Source: Eledone cirrhosa (Eukaryota). Taken from it: a DNA stretch of 64,000 nt. The DNA lies in contig OZ024740.1 of NCBI GenBank assembly GCA_964016885.1, positions 103,478,001 to 103,542,000 on the forward strand, written 5' to 3'. Positions 13,918 to 27,655 of this stretch are shown here, piece after piece. Numbering within the stretch: the first letter of the stretch is position 1; every line of letters begins with the position of its first letter. Under the pieces are notes generated by a model. That model had not been told where the DNA came from and did no database searches. It was given only the letters and a program-made list of their open reading frames with translations. The position numbers were made by a program, and so were the translations under genes.

Positions 13918-15731
13918 ATCCGTGTCTGCTACAAGGGTAAAGGAGATGCTCTAGATAGGGGATAGAGGCATTAATTGACCAGGTCATGAAGGTCACAGAA
14001 AGAGTTATAGCGCAACTAATCAGAGAGCATATTCATCTAGATGAAATGTAGTTTGGGTTTGTGTCGGGTAAAAGTACCACAGACGCTCTTTTCATTGTAC
14101 GACAACTAGCTAAAAGTAAACCCCTCTACTTAGCTTTTGTTGACTTGGAGAAAGCCTTTGACAGAGTCCTCCACTCCATTATCTGGTGGGCTCTTAGAAA
14201 ACTAGGTGTTGATGAATGGCTTGTGAGAGCTATACAAGCCATGTATAAATAAACAGTCAGCAAGGTTAGAATTAACAACGAATATAGTGAAGAATTTAGC
14301 GTAAAAGCTGGAGTTCATCAAGGCTCTGTCCTTAGCCCCCTCCTATTTATTATTGCCCTTCAGGCTATAACAGAGGAGTTCAAGACCGGCTGCCCATAGG
14401 AACTTCTATACGCTGATGATCTAACTCTCATAGCTGAATCGATGGCTGAACTAGAGAAGAAATTCCAAACATGGAAGCATGGCCTAGAATCAAAAGGCCT
14501 TAAAGTTAACTTGTCTAAGACTAAAGTTCTAGTATGTAGAAAGGAAAATAGGGCATAGGTGCCCTCTGGGAAATGGCCATGCTCAGTGTGTAGGAAAAGA
14601 GTAGGCAGAAATTCCATTTTATGTCCCAAATGCAAAGTATGGGTACATAAAAGATGTAGTGGGATCACAGGTAAGCTATCTAAGAAAGTAGATTTTATAT
14701 GTGGCCAATGCTCAGGTGCAATAAGTAGCAAGTGCCCACAGGATTCTAGCTCTTTCTATTGCCCAGATGGTTCTATAGAAATAGTGGACACCTTCCGTTA
14801 CCTGGGTGACAAAATCAGCAGTAGTGGAGGGTGCTCAGAAAGTACAGTAGCCAGAGTCAGAACGGGATGGAAAAAGTTCAGAGAGCTTATATCACTATTG
14901 GCCACTAAAGTTTTCTCTCTAAAAATGAAAGGCAGATTGTATGATGCGTGCATATGAACACCAATGTTACATGGCAGTGAGACATGGGCATTGTGTGCAG
15001 AGGACTTGAGCAGACTGGAGAGGAACGATGCATGCATGCTCCATTGGATGTATAATAGTAATATACACGAACGGCAAAGCATAAATGAACTAAGTGAGAA
15101 ATTAGGAATAAAAGGGATCAGATGCTGTTTACTCGAGAGAAGACTACGTTCGTATGGTCACGTGATGTGCATGAAAGACGACAGTTGTAGAAAAAAGTGC
15201 AGGGCGATCAAAATTTATGGAAGTTACGGAGTAGGTAGACCCAGAAAAACCTGGGACGATTTGATAAATTCTGACCTTACACACTTGCACCTCTCTAAGA
15301 CAATATCACTGGACCGAGATCTTTGTCGCTACGCAGTAATACAGAAGTCAGTAGGCACCTCTTAACCAAATATACACCTCCATCCCACTAACCCTACTCC
15401 ACCCACCCCCCACCCCCACCAACACTACCCTCTCTCTGTAAAGTTATGTTGGTACCACAACATCCACTCCAAAATAAATGAGGTCGTGTAAATGTCACGA
15501 CAAAAAAAACACAGTCCATGCTGTAATGTGGCCGTGTAGGTAACACGGTAAAAACCTCCCAGTCCACACTGTAAACGTGGTTGGTGTTAAGAAGGGCATC
15601 CGTAGAAAACCTGCCAGACAGTCCTATACGAGCGAGACACAGTCTCCCGACCAATCTTGCCTCAAGTGGGACAATTCCCATCTAAACCCATGCTAGTGTG
15701 GAAGATAGATGTTAAACGATGATGATGATGA
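13918..15731 (+). mobile_element. RTE-clade LINE, 5'-truncated (family A)
   Basis: AFVDLEKAFDRV, YADD, GRPRKTW; several stops; (GAT)n tail. Confidence 0.93.
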
Positions 15732-17085
15732 TTATATATATATATGAGAGATAGGGAGAGTAATGCCTGAGATTTTAGATATATATGTCATAAACAGTAA
15801 AAGAGAGAAAAGAAACAGGCTTACTGTTGGGATTCACATTTTATCTGCCATCTTCCAAGTGACCAATCTTATAGATTACACAACATATCTATCAAATTAG
15901 GCTATAGTTGTTATACTACTATAAACTAACATCAGGTTTATTTCTTGTTGTTCACTTGATATACTCTTCTACTGTCTAACAAAGGAAAGTATCACACTTT
16001 AATTCAATGTTTACAACATGGATTAATGATACTACTGATGTATAACAATAAGTGAACCATAGGACGTGAAGCCTTTATTAGAACTTGACTGTTGTGTTAG
16101 TCCTGTAATAGATTACCTCTGTACTTTTGTTCTCTTCAAGTAGAATTATCAGTTGCTCAATCACAAAACCTTAACCATTTCATATTTCTAATGAAATATG
16201 CTGCCTGTCAGCTATATTATAAAAGAGGAGCTGTTTCTCTGTCTGTCTGTCACACTTATATCATCATCATCATCATCATACGTCCGTTTTTCCCTGCCTG
16301 CAAGTTATGTTATTAAGAGAGAAATACAGTGGGAGAGAGAGAGTGTGTGAAAGATAGAATTAAAATTTGTTTCAAGAAATAAACAACAGGTTGTTGTTGA
16401 CAGAGAAATACAGTGAGATAGAAAGTGTGTGAAAGATAGACAGAGAGGTAGTATTATCACCTTAGTAACTAACGAATTTTGATTTAAAATGCGGGAATTT
16501 TAAGTGCAAGTCTATCAATAAGGGTGGTAAAAAAACGATTGTGTGTTTCTGTGTCCTTCAACATACACAACTCAACATAGACTTTAAAAAAAGACCATGA
16601 CATTTGTCCGTCACACTTATATGTATATATACAATACATATACTTATTTTTTGGTTTGTGTGTGTGTAATACCGGCAGCATAGCAACAGGTAACAACCTA
16701 GTTTTCAATTGATTTTGAAGAAAATCAAGAACTTTGAGAGATCTAGTAAAAATAATTTTTTTCATTATTAAGCAGGTGTTTGAAATATTTAAGTATGAGC
16801 ACTTTAAAACAAACAGCTTTGTATCATTTCTGTCAGGTTGGTATCAAAAGGGTTTATTTATTTATACTTAACTCTGTTCAACTATAATTAATGGTCTTTG
16901 TTTTTTTGTCTAACACTAGCTCCAATGTTTCAAGTTAGTGGATTAAAAATTCTTTTTGATGTCAGTTTATGTAAAAATTAATTTCCATGTTAAAAGTGTC
17001 AACTATCTCCACCAATCATAATACTTTATTGTGCATAATCTGCTTATTTTATATTTTATGTATGTATTTTTTTCTTTCTTCTCAG

Positions 17086-17184
17086 GCTAATTATTTGTTG
17101 AGGGATGTCTTTGACCTTGGTGCTCCTTTACTTGAACTAGATGGCTTCAATCTTAGACCAAAGAAAATGACGAAGGGAGAAAGG
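17086..17184 (+). CDS. IFRD1: IFRD exon (ANYLLRDVFDLGAPLLELDGFNLRPKKMTKGER)
   Basis: NxxLRxVFxLGxP motif of the IFRD C-terminal region; ctcag/gtaggt boundaries. Confidence 0.92.
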
Positions 17185-17894
17185 GTAGGTTTATTAACTA
17201 CTCTCCACTAGCTGAAAGGGTTGTACATTTATCAAAAATTGTTTTGTAAAGCTAAACTTTGATATGAACAGTCACTATTCTTTAATAAGAAATATTGTGG
17301 GTGTGTGTAGAGTTGCTTCAATCTGTCAATGACGAGTAGCAGGCAGTGATATATGTGTGTATTATAGCAACTAAATCTCAAGCTAGTTTTAAATAAAAGA
17401 CATTGAATAATGTAGTTACCAATATATTTCTTTTTAAATCAAACTGGTTATAACTAAATCACCTTTATTATATATATTCTCTCTCTCTCTCTTTCACTGT
17501 CACACTCATTGCCTCTACACTCTCTTACTATTTTACTAATTACCTATCTGTGATTCTCTCTCTGCGTGATTGTACTGTATCACCAATGAAGTGTGCAAAG
17601 AAGATAATAGAATAAACATATTGCTTTGTGTGTGTGTATGTGTGTGTATATATATGTCACCAAGTGATGTGTGCTCACTTGAATGTTTACATCAGTGTAA
17701 TGGTTTAGAGGAGAAGTGACATTAGTTTGTTTGTGTCCATATATTAAAAAAAGGAAAATACCTTTAATTATACTAAGATTTCTGATCTGCTGGTTTTCTG
17801 CATATTTTTTCACACTTTTATGTAAAGAAGAGTTAGATTATAAATCGTCCCACTAAAATGTATGTTTTTCTCATTGTCTATATATATATTACAG

Positions 17895-17984
17895 AACTAC
17901 TACAATATATCAGTGGAGAAGAAACGTACCAAAGCTCGTGCTAAGAATCGTGACAAGAGATCTGTCACTGTGAGTTGTTACTGA
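17895..17984 (+). CDS. IFRD1: IFRD terminal coding exon (NYYNISVEKKRTKARAKNRDKRSVTVSCY*)
   Basis: RTKARxKxRDKR C-terminal motif; TGA at 17982-17984. Confidence 0.93.
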   Translation, partial: NYYNISVEKKRTKARAKNRDKRSVTVSCY

Positions 17985-18616
17985 GACTGGTTTTCATTCA
18001 CCCAGTTCCAGCTCCAAAGGTTGATCTCATCTCTCTTCATAGTAGAGTTTGCTCGACACAAGGCCTGCTTTCAACTTCTAGAATTTGGTGATGGTGATGG
18101 TGATGGTGGTATCAAGAGCATGTAACATCTCAGTTACTATGGTTCAATGATTATATTACAAATTATTCAATAGGGTTTTTTTATTTTAGGTTTTGTTTTG
18201 TTTGCCCCTTTTCCCTCCCCACGACTCTTTTTCCAGGCTCTCATCTTTCTGCTTCACCTCGCTGAGTACCTTATAAGATACAGCTTGTTTACACAAATAC
18301 TGAAACTGAGGTTTTATGCTTTGTAACAATATTTTGAAGTGACCCTACTAATAATTCTACCTCCATCAAAAACTGAATTGTTATTCTTATTTATTAATAA
18401 AATCCTTTACAGAATCTAGTTATGAAATTATGATTGTTGGTTGTGTTGCTATGGCATGTAAGTTAGCTTCATCTTAACTTTTTGCAGTCCATTCATATCG
18501 AGGTTAACATCTAGTGAGATTCCATCACGTTGTAGTATTATTGTTTGTCATATTTTTTTCATCACTCGTGCATCATTTGTCATTTAGCCTCATGTCAAAC
18601 TATCTTTCATTAATTA

Positions 18617-18950
18617 CACCGAGGTTGACTTTGCCTTTCATCCTTACGGGGTCGATAAAATAAAGTACCAGTAATGCACTGGGTAATTGCTGGCCTTGTG
18701 CCTAAAGTAGAAACAATTAATTACCATAACAAGGACAACGGATTGGCAGAATTATTAAAGCATCGGACAAAATACCATTGCAGTATTTGTTCTTGCTCTT
18801 TACATTCTGATTTCAAATCTCATTGAGATAACTTTGCCTTTTGTCCTTCTGGTGGTCAATAAAATAAAGTACCCAGTATGTACTGGGGTCAGTGTGATTG
18901 ACTTTCCTCTTCTCACAAATTGCTGACCTTGTAACTAAATTAGAAATCAT
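18617..18950 (+). mobile_element. Two SINE copies of the same family in the putative IFRD 3' UTR
   Basis: Same central domain and TTGCTGGCCTTGTGCC tail. Confidence 0.75.
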
Positions 18951-19562
18951 TATCATATCATTACTCGGCTAGTCCACTTGAATTTGAAAGGAATTGGTAT
19001 AATATCAAATTATAACGCTTTGTATTTTCAACACTGAATCCATCAGTATATTTTTTTCTTGTTTGATTTTCTCTGGGGTTTTATATATATATAAATATAC
19101 ACATAAGACAACCAAAAAAAGTAATATTTTAAAAGAACTGTTAATTTTCATTATATCGTGATAAATTCTTCATCAAAGGTGTTGAGACTGGCTTATATTG
19201 CTGTTTCATTCTCATATTGTGGTTTTAGTCAGCTTGTTGCAACTCGTTTTTAATTTCTATATTTCGAGGCTGATTCAGAAAGTAATAATCTCCATCAGTA
19301 TCTTTAAAATGTTGGTTAAATCAACTATTTTTTTCTTTTTATTTATTTCTATTTAATAATGTATTTCCCCTGAATTTACTTCATTCCTGAATAGTTAATC
19401 GAACGGTCTGTATAACGTCCAATGATAAGGCTACCGAAGTGTCCAGTAATAACATTCAGCTGAGACCACTGGTATGCATATCGTCTCTCCTCTCACACAC
19501 ACATATATACAATATTTAAAATGTGTGCGTATATTATATATATATATATATTATTATTGGTG

Positions 19563-19855
19563 CAAGAGCGTGTGGCTTAACAGTTGATGTGTTTAACTCA
19601 GGATTGTAAGGTGAGTTCAATTCCCAGCAGCATGTTGTGTCCTTGATCGAAACACTCTAGTCCACTTGAGTGGCAAAAATAAGATGTACCTGTAATTCAA
19701 AGGGCAAGTCTTGACATAATCTGTCTCGTACTGAATTTCCCTGAGAACTACATTAAGGGTGCACATGTCTGTGGAGTGCTTAACCCCTTACACGTTAATT
19801 TCATGAGCATTGATGGAATCAACTGGAAACTCGCCATTGGAACCAACAAAGGTTA
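19563..19855 (+). mobile_element. tRNA-derived SINE, second family
   Basis: GTGGCTTAA A-box-like, GAGTTCAATTCC B-box, GTGTCCTTGA CORE-like segment. Confidence 0.55.
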
Positions 19856-22452
19856 AACGCACACACATATTAGTATAAATTAACTGGTTCTAATTATTTC
19901 CTTGGTGTTACCCTTCTGCAGTTTGTTGCTACATAACTGAGCTTATCCAAAACCTTCTTTTCATGCCAGTTCTTGCTTTGTCTTCTATCTTTTCTGCAAT
20001 GACACCATTTCATTTCCTCATCCTACACTATTTTTCTTATGTCACATTTGTTTTGTTTTACCTTTCCTTCTTCCATAAGAACCTCTTTTCAATGTGTGTG
20101 TGCATATATATATGAGGTAGTGCCATGTTTAACTGCCTGTCTGTCTTAAACTCCAAGACAAACATTTTTCAATATAAAGCATCTATAAATGCTTCCTTCT
20201 TTCCTGTTTGACTTGTTTGTTTAAGAAAGTATTGTTGTCTAGTGCTCGGGTAAAGGTTAAGTTGTACGTCCAAGGATTTCGCTTCTTTCCACATCTGTTT
20301 GGTACTCATGGCCCACCCAGCCCCTGTCCCCATTTGTTTATTTATTTATTTTACATGATGATTTTTCATTGCAGATGGCTAGACAGAAAAAAACTTGTAT
20401 GGAATGTAGTAAAATGATTGTGTTATGTGGTCTTTGCTGACTTACCATTGTCCCACATTTCATTTTAGCCCATCTGCCTGTGCTGTGTATCCACCCTCAC
20501 CACAGTCTCCACATCTATTTAAGTTGCAAACCAAAGCAAAATAACAAACAAACAAACCTTAAAGTGAATATTTTTGTAAACTTGGGCATGTGTATATAAA
20601 ATCTTTTGTGTGTATGTATGATTATATATATATATATATATTGCATACACAAATTTGGTTGAGAGAAATATAACTGTTTACTAATATTTTTCTTTGTTTT
20701 TTTCCCCCCATTTAAGAACTAGCATGAACATTTCTTTTTGAATAAATTTATTTCTATTTAAATTCGAGTCTGGCTGAATTTTAATTAAAGAAATGTGATT
20801 TAGTTACTTGTGTTTCTTTATCATTCATATCCTTCATTCTGCATTAAATTTATTTTCATGTCTCGCATTTTAAAACATGTTTGTGACTATAGGGTATTTG
20901 TTGTTTTTTGGGGGGGTGGTCTGTTAAGACCTTGATGATACATCATCAGTGTCTTGCGCATACAGAGCAGAGAATTCCCTAAGATCTCATGCATGGATGA
21001 AAAATAAACTGAGTCCCACATAAATGAACATATACCTCTGGTTTTTACCCAGTGCAGTCAACAGGTGGATATCCTGTATTGGATAAAGCTTATGTAAATC
21101 TATAAATGCTAGTTAGTATAATAGAGATGTCTTTTCTATCTCACATAATATGATATACTGTACTTTGACCACCTCCCTATACAGTCAATCTGGACTGCTA
21201 TAGATGTCCTTACCATACCAATAAGATAAACTTTATGCGGTTGATCAACCTACAGATAACAGTCGAATCCCCTTTAAAAATCAGTGATCACATTGGATAA
21301 TATAGTTCTAAATAAATAAGAGCATAATCATACTGGGATTGACTTTGATCACAGGATCATGTCTAGTGCGGGATTAAATAAGAACACAGGTCTCTTAAAC
21401 AAAACAAAAAAAAAAACGTGATAGTCATGACTGCAATATCTTTAAAAGATCCAACAGCATAGATAAATGAAGCAGCTGTTGATGTATCAAATGCAAAAAG
21501 GTCTTAGTAATTAGGAATTTACCTTTTAATTAATTTAAAGAAAGAAACAAAAATTATTTTTAAGAGTAAAACCTGATCTTTGTAAGCAGAAATATTTTAC
21601 ACTTAATTGGCCTGTGCAAAGCATGAAACCTTCCCTAATAAGTAGACACATTTTTAAATATATAAGGGTTACTGAGATTTTTTTGCATAACCCTTTCATT
21701 ACCATAGTTCTAATGACGTAATGTTCATAATTTTGAAAATAATCAGGGATCTGTGGTGCATAACTCAAAGGTTCTTACACAAATCATCAGTTTTAATGTC
21801 TGCTTTCCATGGAACAAAGTAAAATTTGGTTTGGTAACAAGTAAGGGGAATAAACCAATTTTTGATTATGGCTAAAAAGACAAAATATAAGCTAGAAATA
21901 TATTTTGGCAAAAAGGGGAGACAAAATTTATATTCCATAGTTTTTTCTGTCTTATTTTGAAAAACTAATTTATTTAAAAAAGTGTTTCCACTTGCAAAAA
22001 ATCACAGTATTGAAGACCTGATGTTCAACTTGTGTTGTAAACAAAACTTGCAATCTTATGTGAACATTACAACTTTAGGAGTGTCTGTGGTTTAACAGAT
22101 GACTGACCTTTCCTTTCCTTTCACTGATCAAACTGGTATAACCGCTGGATTGGATAGAAAAGTGGCTGTACTGTAATATGGTTTGAACTCAATAGACCAG
22201 TCTCTTAAAATTACTATTGAATTTTATGCGTTATCTCATAACATACAAAGGAGGAAAGAGCAGTATGTCATTGATTAATGTTTTTGTTTTTTTTTCAACG
22301 GATTACTTGATAAGGCCACAGCTAATAACGTATGAAATGCTGTTATCTGCAGCAGATTTGACTCTTATAGTCACTCCACTTCTCAACACCAACCTATGGT
22401 TTTAATGTCTTCCAACATAAACAAAGAGAATCAGTTATATTATTGGTGGAGA

Positions 22453-23768
22453 CTATGTTGGTGTCCAGTATTTGATACCTTCTGATTCTGCTTCTTCTTT
22501 AATGAGAGTAGTAAGGTTGACAGAACTCAAAGAATTGGTGCTTTGTTCTGATGATGATGGTAATGTCTCTAAATTCGTTTCAACATTAGAATCAATAACA
22601 ATAGGATTAAATTCATTTTTTAACAAAGCTGTTGGAAGGAGTGATGTGGACATTGCTGAAATGGATGTTGAATGAGCAATGCTACGGAAAGAAGCAGAAG
22701 ACAATGGATAAGTTACTGACATAAAAAGATTTGGATCATGCTTCGATTTTGTTTGTCGACGACCACATTCTTTGTCACTGAGGTATTTGCGTCGATTTTG
22801 TAATGCTTCACCAAGTCGAATCCAGACAAACTGCTTGTGACAATTCAGCTGTGGTGCAGCACGGCAGATATAGCGAAAAAAAATTTCTTTCTTTTCCGCA
22901 GTTATCATTTTCAAAGGAGGTGCTCTATGCCATATTTTTGCTGTCATAGCAGCTTCTCTCAACAATGAGCGTCCAAGTCTTTGAGACTCTGTCGGACGAC
23001 CTCTACGTACTTTCCTTCGGAGTAGCTCTTCAGCACTGAATTCTTTGATTCGGCATGCACCCCAACCATCAACAATATACATATCATTCTCAGGATACTC
23101 AACATCATCATCGTCCATCGCATGTGTCTGAACATTTCTGTGTTGTACTAGTGTTGTGGAAGTTTTTGGAGAAGAATAAATAGATGTGTTAGAATTAACA
23201 AAGTTACTGGCAGAATGTGAGTTTGAATATAGTGAAGTTACACCTGTTAGTTTTGATTCTTGCTGCTCTGCTGAGTTAAAATTGTTAGTATGGAGCTGTG
23301 AGTGTGAGCCCTGGATCCCTGTTAGCTGTGGCATAATAGCAGCATTTGGACTGGTATTTTTCTGTTGGTTTGAAATAATAACTAGCGAAGATGTTTTGTT
23401 ATAAGGTTCCACGTTAATTGTTTTAGGAGGGAGGACATGTGTTACTTGGGTCAGAATAGGTTCAGATGTGTATTTGGGCAAAGGTACTGTTGTTTTAGGC
23501 GTTGATGTTACAAATGTTTGTGGTGACTGCAAAGTTATTTGTGATGAAGATATGGAAGAAGTTGCTATAGTTGAGTGAGGATGTGAAATAACAGAGTTGC
23601 TTACTGTTGGAGATGCAATGGGCTTTGCTAAACGACACGAAGAGTTGTTTGGGCCATAAAGCTCTCGAAGTAACTTCCGAATTAAGAATCTATCCTTGAA
23701 CACCTCAAAAATGTCCTTGAGGTCAGCATCAGTGAATTCTAGCAGCATCTCTCCTTCCACCTGGTTAT
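22453..23768 (-). CDS. Coding exon 2 of uncharacterised SAM-domain protein: second half of SAM, S/T/P-rich linker, basic helical (BEN-like?) domain
   Basis: 435-aa ORF preceded by tctgtatttcag acceptor; DNQVEGEMLLEFTDADLKDIF...RFLIRKLLREL fits the SAM pattern (ENEIDGEALLLLTEEDLKEL...RxKI). Confidence 0.88.
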
Positions 23769-24403
23769 CTGAAATACAGAATATAGTTAATAACAGATCT
23801 TATGAGTGATGCAAACACAGTGTGGTAGTAGTAGTGGATTTGGTTCATAAACATACACTCAAAGTATATTGTTGGTAATAGATCTTTTGGGTAACACGTT
23901 TTCATAGGCTATTAGCAACATCTAATAGGAAAGTTGGCCCCGGCAAGCAATGAGAGGTAGTAATACACTGGTGAGAGTAATTTATTACATAAGTGCATTG
24001 TTAAAACTATTAACAAATGTGTATTAAATATCTAAGATGAGTTATCAAGATTATAATTGACTCTGTTACCCCTCCTCCTTGGTTCTGGGATACTAAACTA
24101 TTTTAAAGTGATTATATTTATCTAATAATTTTATGTAAGAAACTGAGTTATATTCCAAATATCATATGAATGATGTGAAAGCTATATTACTAAATTGTTT
24201 CAATTTTTTTTATCATTTCCAAAATAGTTTTAAAATAATAGGCAGTGCCTTTCTTTAGAAATATAGTAACAAGAGAGTTAATAGTATTTATTTACATCTA
24301 CATCACATTTTAACCAGACTGGCCTCCAATTGTCATCAGGTGTGTTTTTCCTGGATATTTACAAACTCCCTACATTTGATCTAAACTGAGAATCTTTGTC
24401 TAA

Positions 24404-24598
24404 CCCTTAAGTATTTAAACCGGCCGTATGCAGCCAAAGGTCTCTCACCGCTTTCTGTTCAAACTGGCCACTCATACTGATGTTAAGGTATAGTTCCCAT
24501 AATAAATAACATCAAAATCTTGTAGATTTTATATTATGTAAGAAGTGTTTACCACAAAAATACAAGAGTATATATAGAGTAATGTAAATGCTAAAGGG
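24404..24598. mobile_element. piggyBac-like MITE
   Basis: TAA|CCCTTAAGTATTTA ... TAAATGCTAAAGGG|TTA. Confidence 0.6.
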
Positions 24599-24667
24599 TT
24601 ATGGGCAACAATCTTAACCACTAGACCATTGATATGTAGTAAGAATTAGAATCAAACAATAGCACAT

Positions 24668-24882
24668 GTGGTGGTGGCTTAATGTTTGGTTGGGCAAATG
24701 CTTATCAGTATTTATCTCTTTACTTTCCAAGTTCAAATACTGTCAAGATTAACTTTGCTTTTCATCCTTCCAGGGGGTTAATAAAATAAAAATACCAGTC
24801 AGGTATTGGGGTCGATATAATCAACTCATCCACCCCCCCCCCCCCCCCAATTGTTGGCCATGTGCCAAAGTTAGCAACCATT
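24668..24882 (+). mobile_element. SINE, same family
   Basis: GTTCAAAT B-box and central domain. Confidence 0.7.
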
Positions 24883-25737
24883 ACATAGTAATGCTTTGGT
24901 ATGTTAGTAAAATTGTGGTGAGATATTGGTGTGAGTGTATTATATTAGTCTAGTAGTGATGTTGAATACTCCAGGTCAGTTGAACAAATAGTTACCATAC
25001 ATAGCTGAAGATATGCCTTAATTCCATCTAGTTGAGAACCCATACTGCACAATCTGACATGCAGTGGTTCACTGTATATAGTACTTTACATCCCAACACA
25101 CTGTTTAGGTTTAATTATATTATTGATGCTGCTGTTATTTTTGTGTATATGTTTTTTGTTTGTCTGGACTGAGGGAGAAAGATCATGTAGCTTGATAGGT
25201 TTATATAGCATAGGGAGAAGCTGAAAGGAATCAGTTTGCCATTTTTCTATGATGTGAGGGTTAGAAACATAAGTTGTTCCAGATAGTAAGGCTGTTTGTC
25301 AGTGTGAATCAAGATGTTCAGGAAAAGTCAGAACTGAATCTAATGCACTTAGACTCACTGATGCTCAGAAAAAAGAGGTTTGGAAATGTTAGTCCCTCCT
25401 CCCCCACATTTTTTACATTTAGAATATCTCCAGAAGACCCAACATCTATCTATCTATATTTATATCCTTTTACAATTAAGTAAACAATATGTAAGACTTC
25501 CATTTATCTTTCTGTGTTTTATCTATCTATCCATATACCTCTCTACAATTAGGAAAAGTAAACATTATTATGTAAGACTTGCAGCTCTCTCAATATTATA
25601 GAATACTTCCTCTGTCTGTCTGTTCTATCCATCTATTTGTCCAATCTACCTATCTGTCTGTACTTCAATTACAAAAAGTAAACGGTATTATATAAGACTT
25701 CTACTATCTATCTGTCCATCTCTATTTGCCTGTTTAT

Positions 25738-25967
25738 AACATTTCTCAACCTTTTTACTCTTGTGGAACCCTTGAAATAGTTTTCATGTCACTGGAACCC
25801 CTGCATAAAATTATTATATACCATTATTAATATCTATCTCATATTTTTATCTTGGTTTACGTGGTAAGCATATATTTTTTGGATAACTGGTTTATTTATC
25901 CTAATCACTGTTTCTCGCAGAATCCCTAGAGACCACTTGCAGAACCCGAGGGTTCTGGGGAACACTG
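25738..25967. mobile_element. hAT (Charlie-like) MITE
   Basis: TTTCTCAACCTTTTT start, repeated GGAACCC, GGGAACACTG end. Confidence 0.55.
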
Positions 25968-25989
25968 GCCTATTATACATATATATATA

Positions 25990-27655
25990 TAGGTGTTGAC
26001 GAATGGCTTGTGAGAGCTATACAAGCCATGTATAAAGAAACAGTCAGTAAGGTTAGAATTAACGAATATAGTGAAGAGTTTAGTGTAAAAGTTGGTGTTC
26101 ATCAGGGCTCTGTTCTTAGCCCCCTACTATTTATTATTGCCCTTCAGGCAATAACAGAGGAGTTCAAGACCGGCTGCCCATGGGAACTCCTATACGCAGA
26201 TGATCTAACGCTCATAGCTGAATCAATGACCGAACTAGAGAAGAAATTCCAAACATGGAAGCACGGCCTAGAATCAAAAGGCCTTAAAATTAACCTGGCT
26301 AAGACTAAAGTTCTAGTTTGTAGGAAAGAAAATAAGGCGGCGGTCCCTTCTGGGAAATGGCCATGCTCAGTGTGTAGGAAAGGCGTAGGTAGAAACTCCA
26401 TTTTATGTCCCAAATGCAAAGTATGGGTGCATAAAAGATGTAGTGGGATCACAGGTAAGCTAACTAAGAACATAGATTTGACATGTGGCCGGTGCTCTGG
26501 TGCAATAAGTAGCAGCAAGTGCCCACAAAATACTAGCTCCTTCAACTGCGCAGAGGGTTCTATAGAAATAGTGGACAGCTTCCGTTACCTGGGTGACAAA
26601 ATCAGCAGTGGGGGAGGGTGCTCTGAAAGTACAGTAGCTAGAGTCAGAACTGGATGGAAAATGTTCAGAGAGCTTATACCACTATTAGCCGCTAGAGGGT
26701 TCTCCCTAAAAATGAAAGGCAGGTTATACGATGCCTGCATACGAACAGCAATGCTGCATGGCAGTGAGACCTGGGCATTGTGTGCAGAGGATATACGCAG
26801 ACGAGAGAGGAACGAAGCTTGCATGCTCCGCTGGATGTGAAATAGTAATATACGTGAACGGCAAAGCATAAACGAACTAAGGAAAAAATTAGAAATAAGA
26901 GGGATCAGATGTTGTTTACTCGAGAGAAGGCTACGTTGGTACGGTCACGTGATGCGCATGAAAGACGACAGCTGTATAACAAAGTGCAGGGCAATAAAGA
27001 TAGACGGTAGCCACGGAGTAGGCAGACCCAGAAAAACCTGGGACGACATGATAAATTCCGACCTCACACGCTTACACCTCTCCAAGACAATGTCACTGGA
27101 CCGAGACCTTTGGCGGTACTCAGTAATAGAGAAGACCCGCCTTACCTAAATACAAAGTAAAAACCTACTACAGTCAGTAGGCATCTCTATCAAAACACAC
27201 CCCCGTCCCACCACCTCCACCCCATCTACACCGCCCCTTTCAATGTAAAGTTATGTTGGTCCCACAACATCCAGGCCGAAACAAATGAGATCGTGTAGGT
27301 GTCACGACAAAAAACACACAGTCCACGCTGTAAATGTGGATGTGTAGGCAACACGGTAAAAACCTCCCAGCCCCACACTGTAAATGTGGTTGGTGTTAGG
27401 AAGGGCATCCAGCTGTAGAAAACCCGCCAGACAGTCCACGCTGTAATGTGGCCGTGTAGGCAACACGGTAAAAACCTCCCAGCCCCACACTGTAAATGTG
27501 GTTGGTGTTAGGAAGGGCATCCAGCTGTAGAAAACCCGCCAGACAGTCCTATGCGAGCAAGACAACCACTCTTGCCTCAAGTGGGAAAACCCCCGTCCAA
27601 ACCCATGCAAGCGTGGAACACGGACGCTAAACCCGATGATGATGATGATGATGAT
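25990..27655 (+). mobile_element. RTE-clade LINE, 5'-truncated (family A), with ~113-bp tandem duplication in 3' UTR (27318-27542)
   Basis: 276-aa RT ORF 26010-26840; (GAT)n tail; antisense in the SAM-gene intron. Confidence 0.93.

Noticed and set aside
16211-16256. Helitron-like 5' end (CTATATTATAAAA..TGTCTGTCTGTC)
   Set aside because: Too short and no 3' end found
22456-22470. C-terminal YWTPT resembling the WRPW co-repressor motif
   Set aside because: Only two of four positions match
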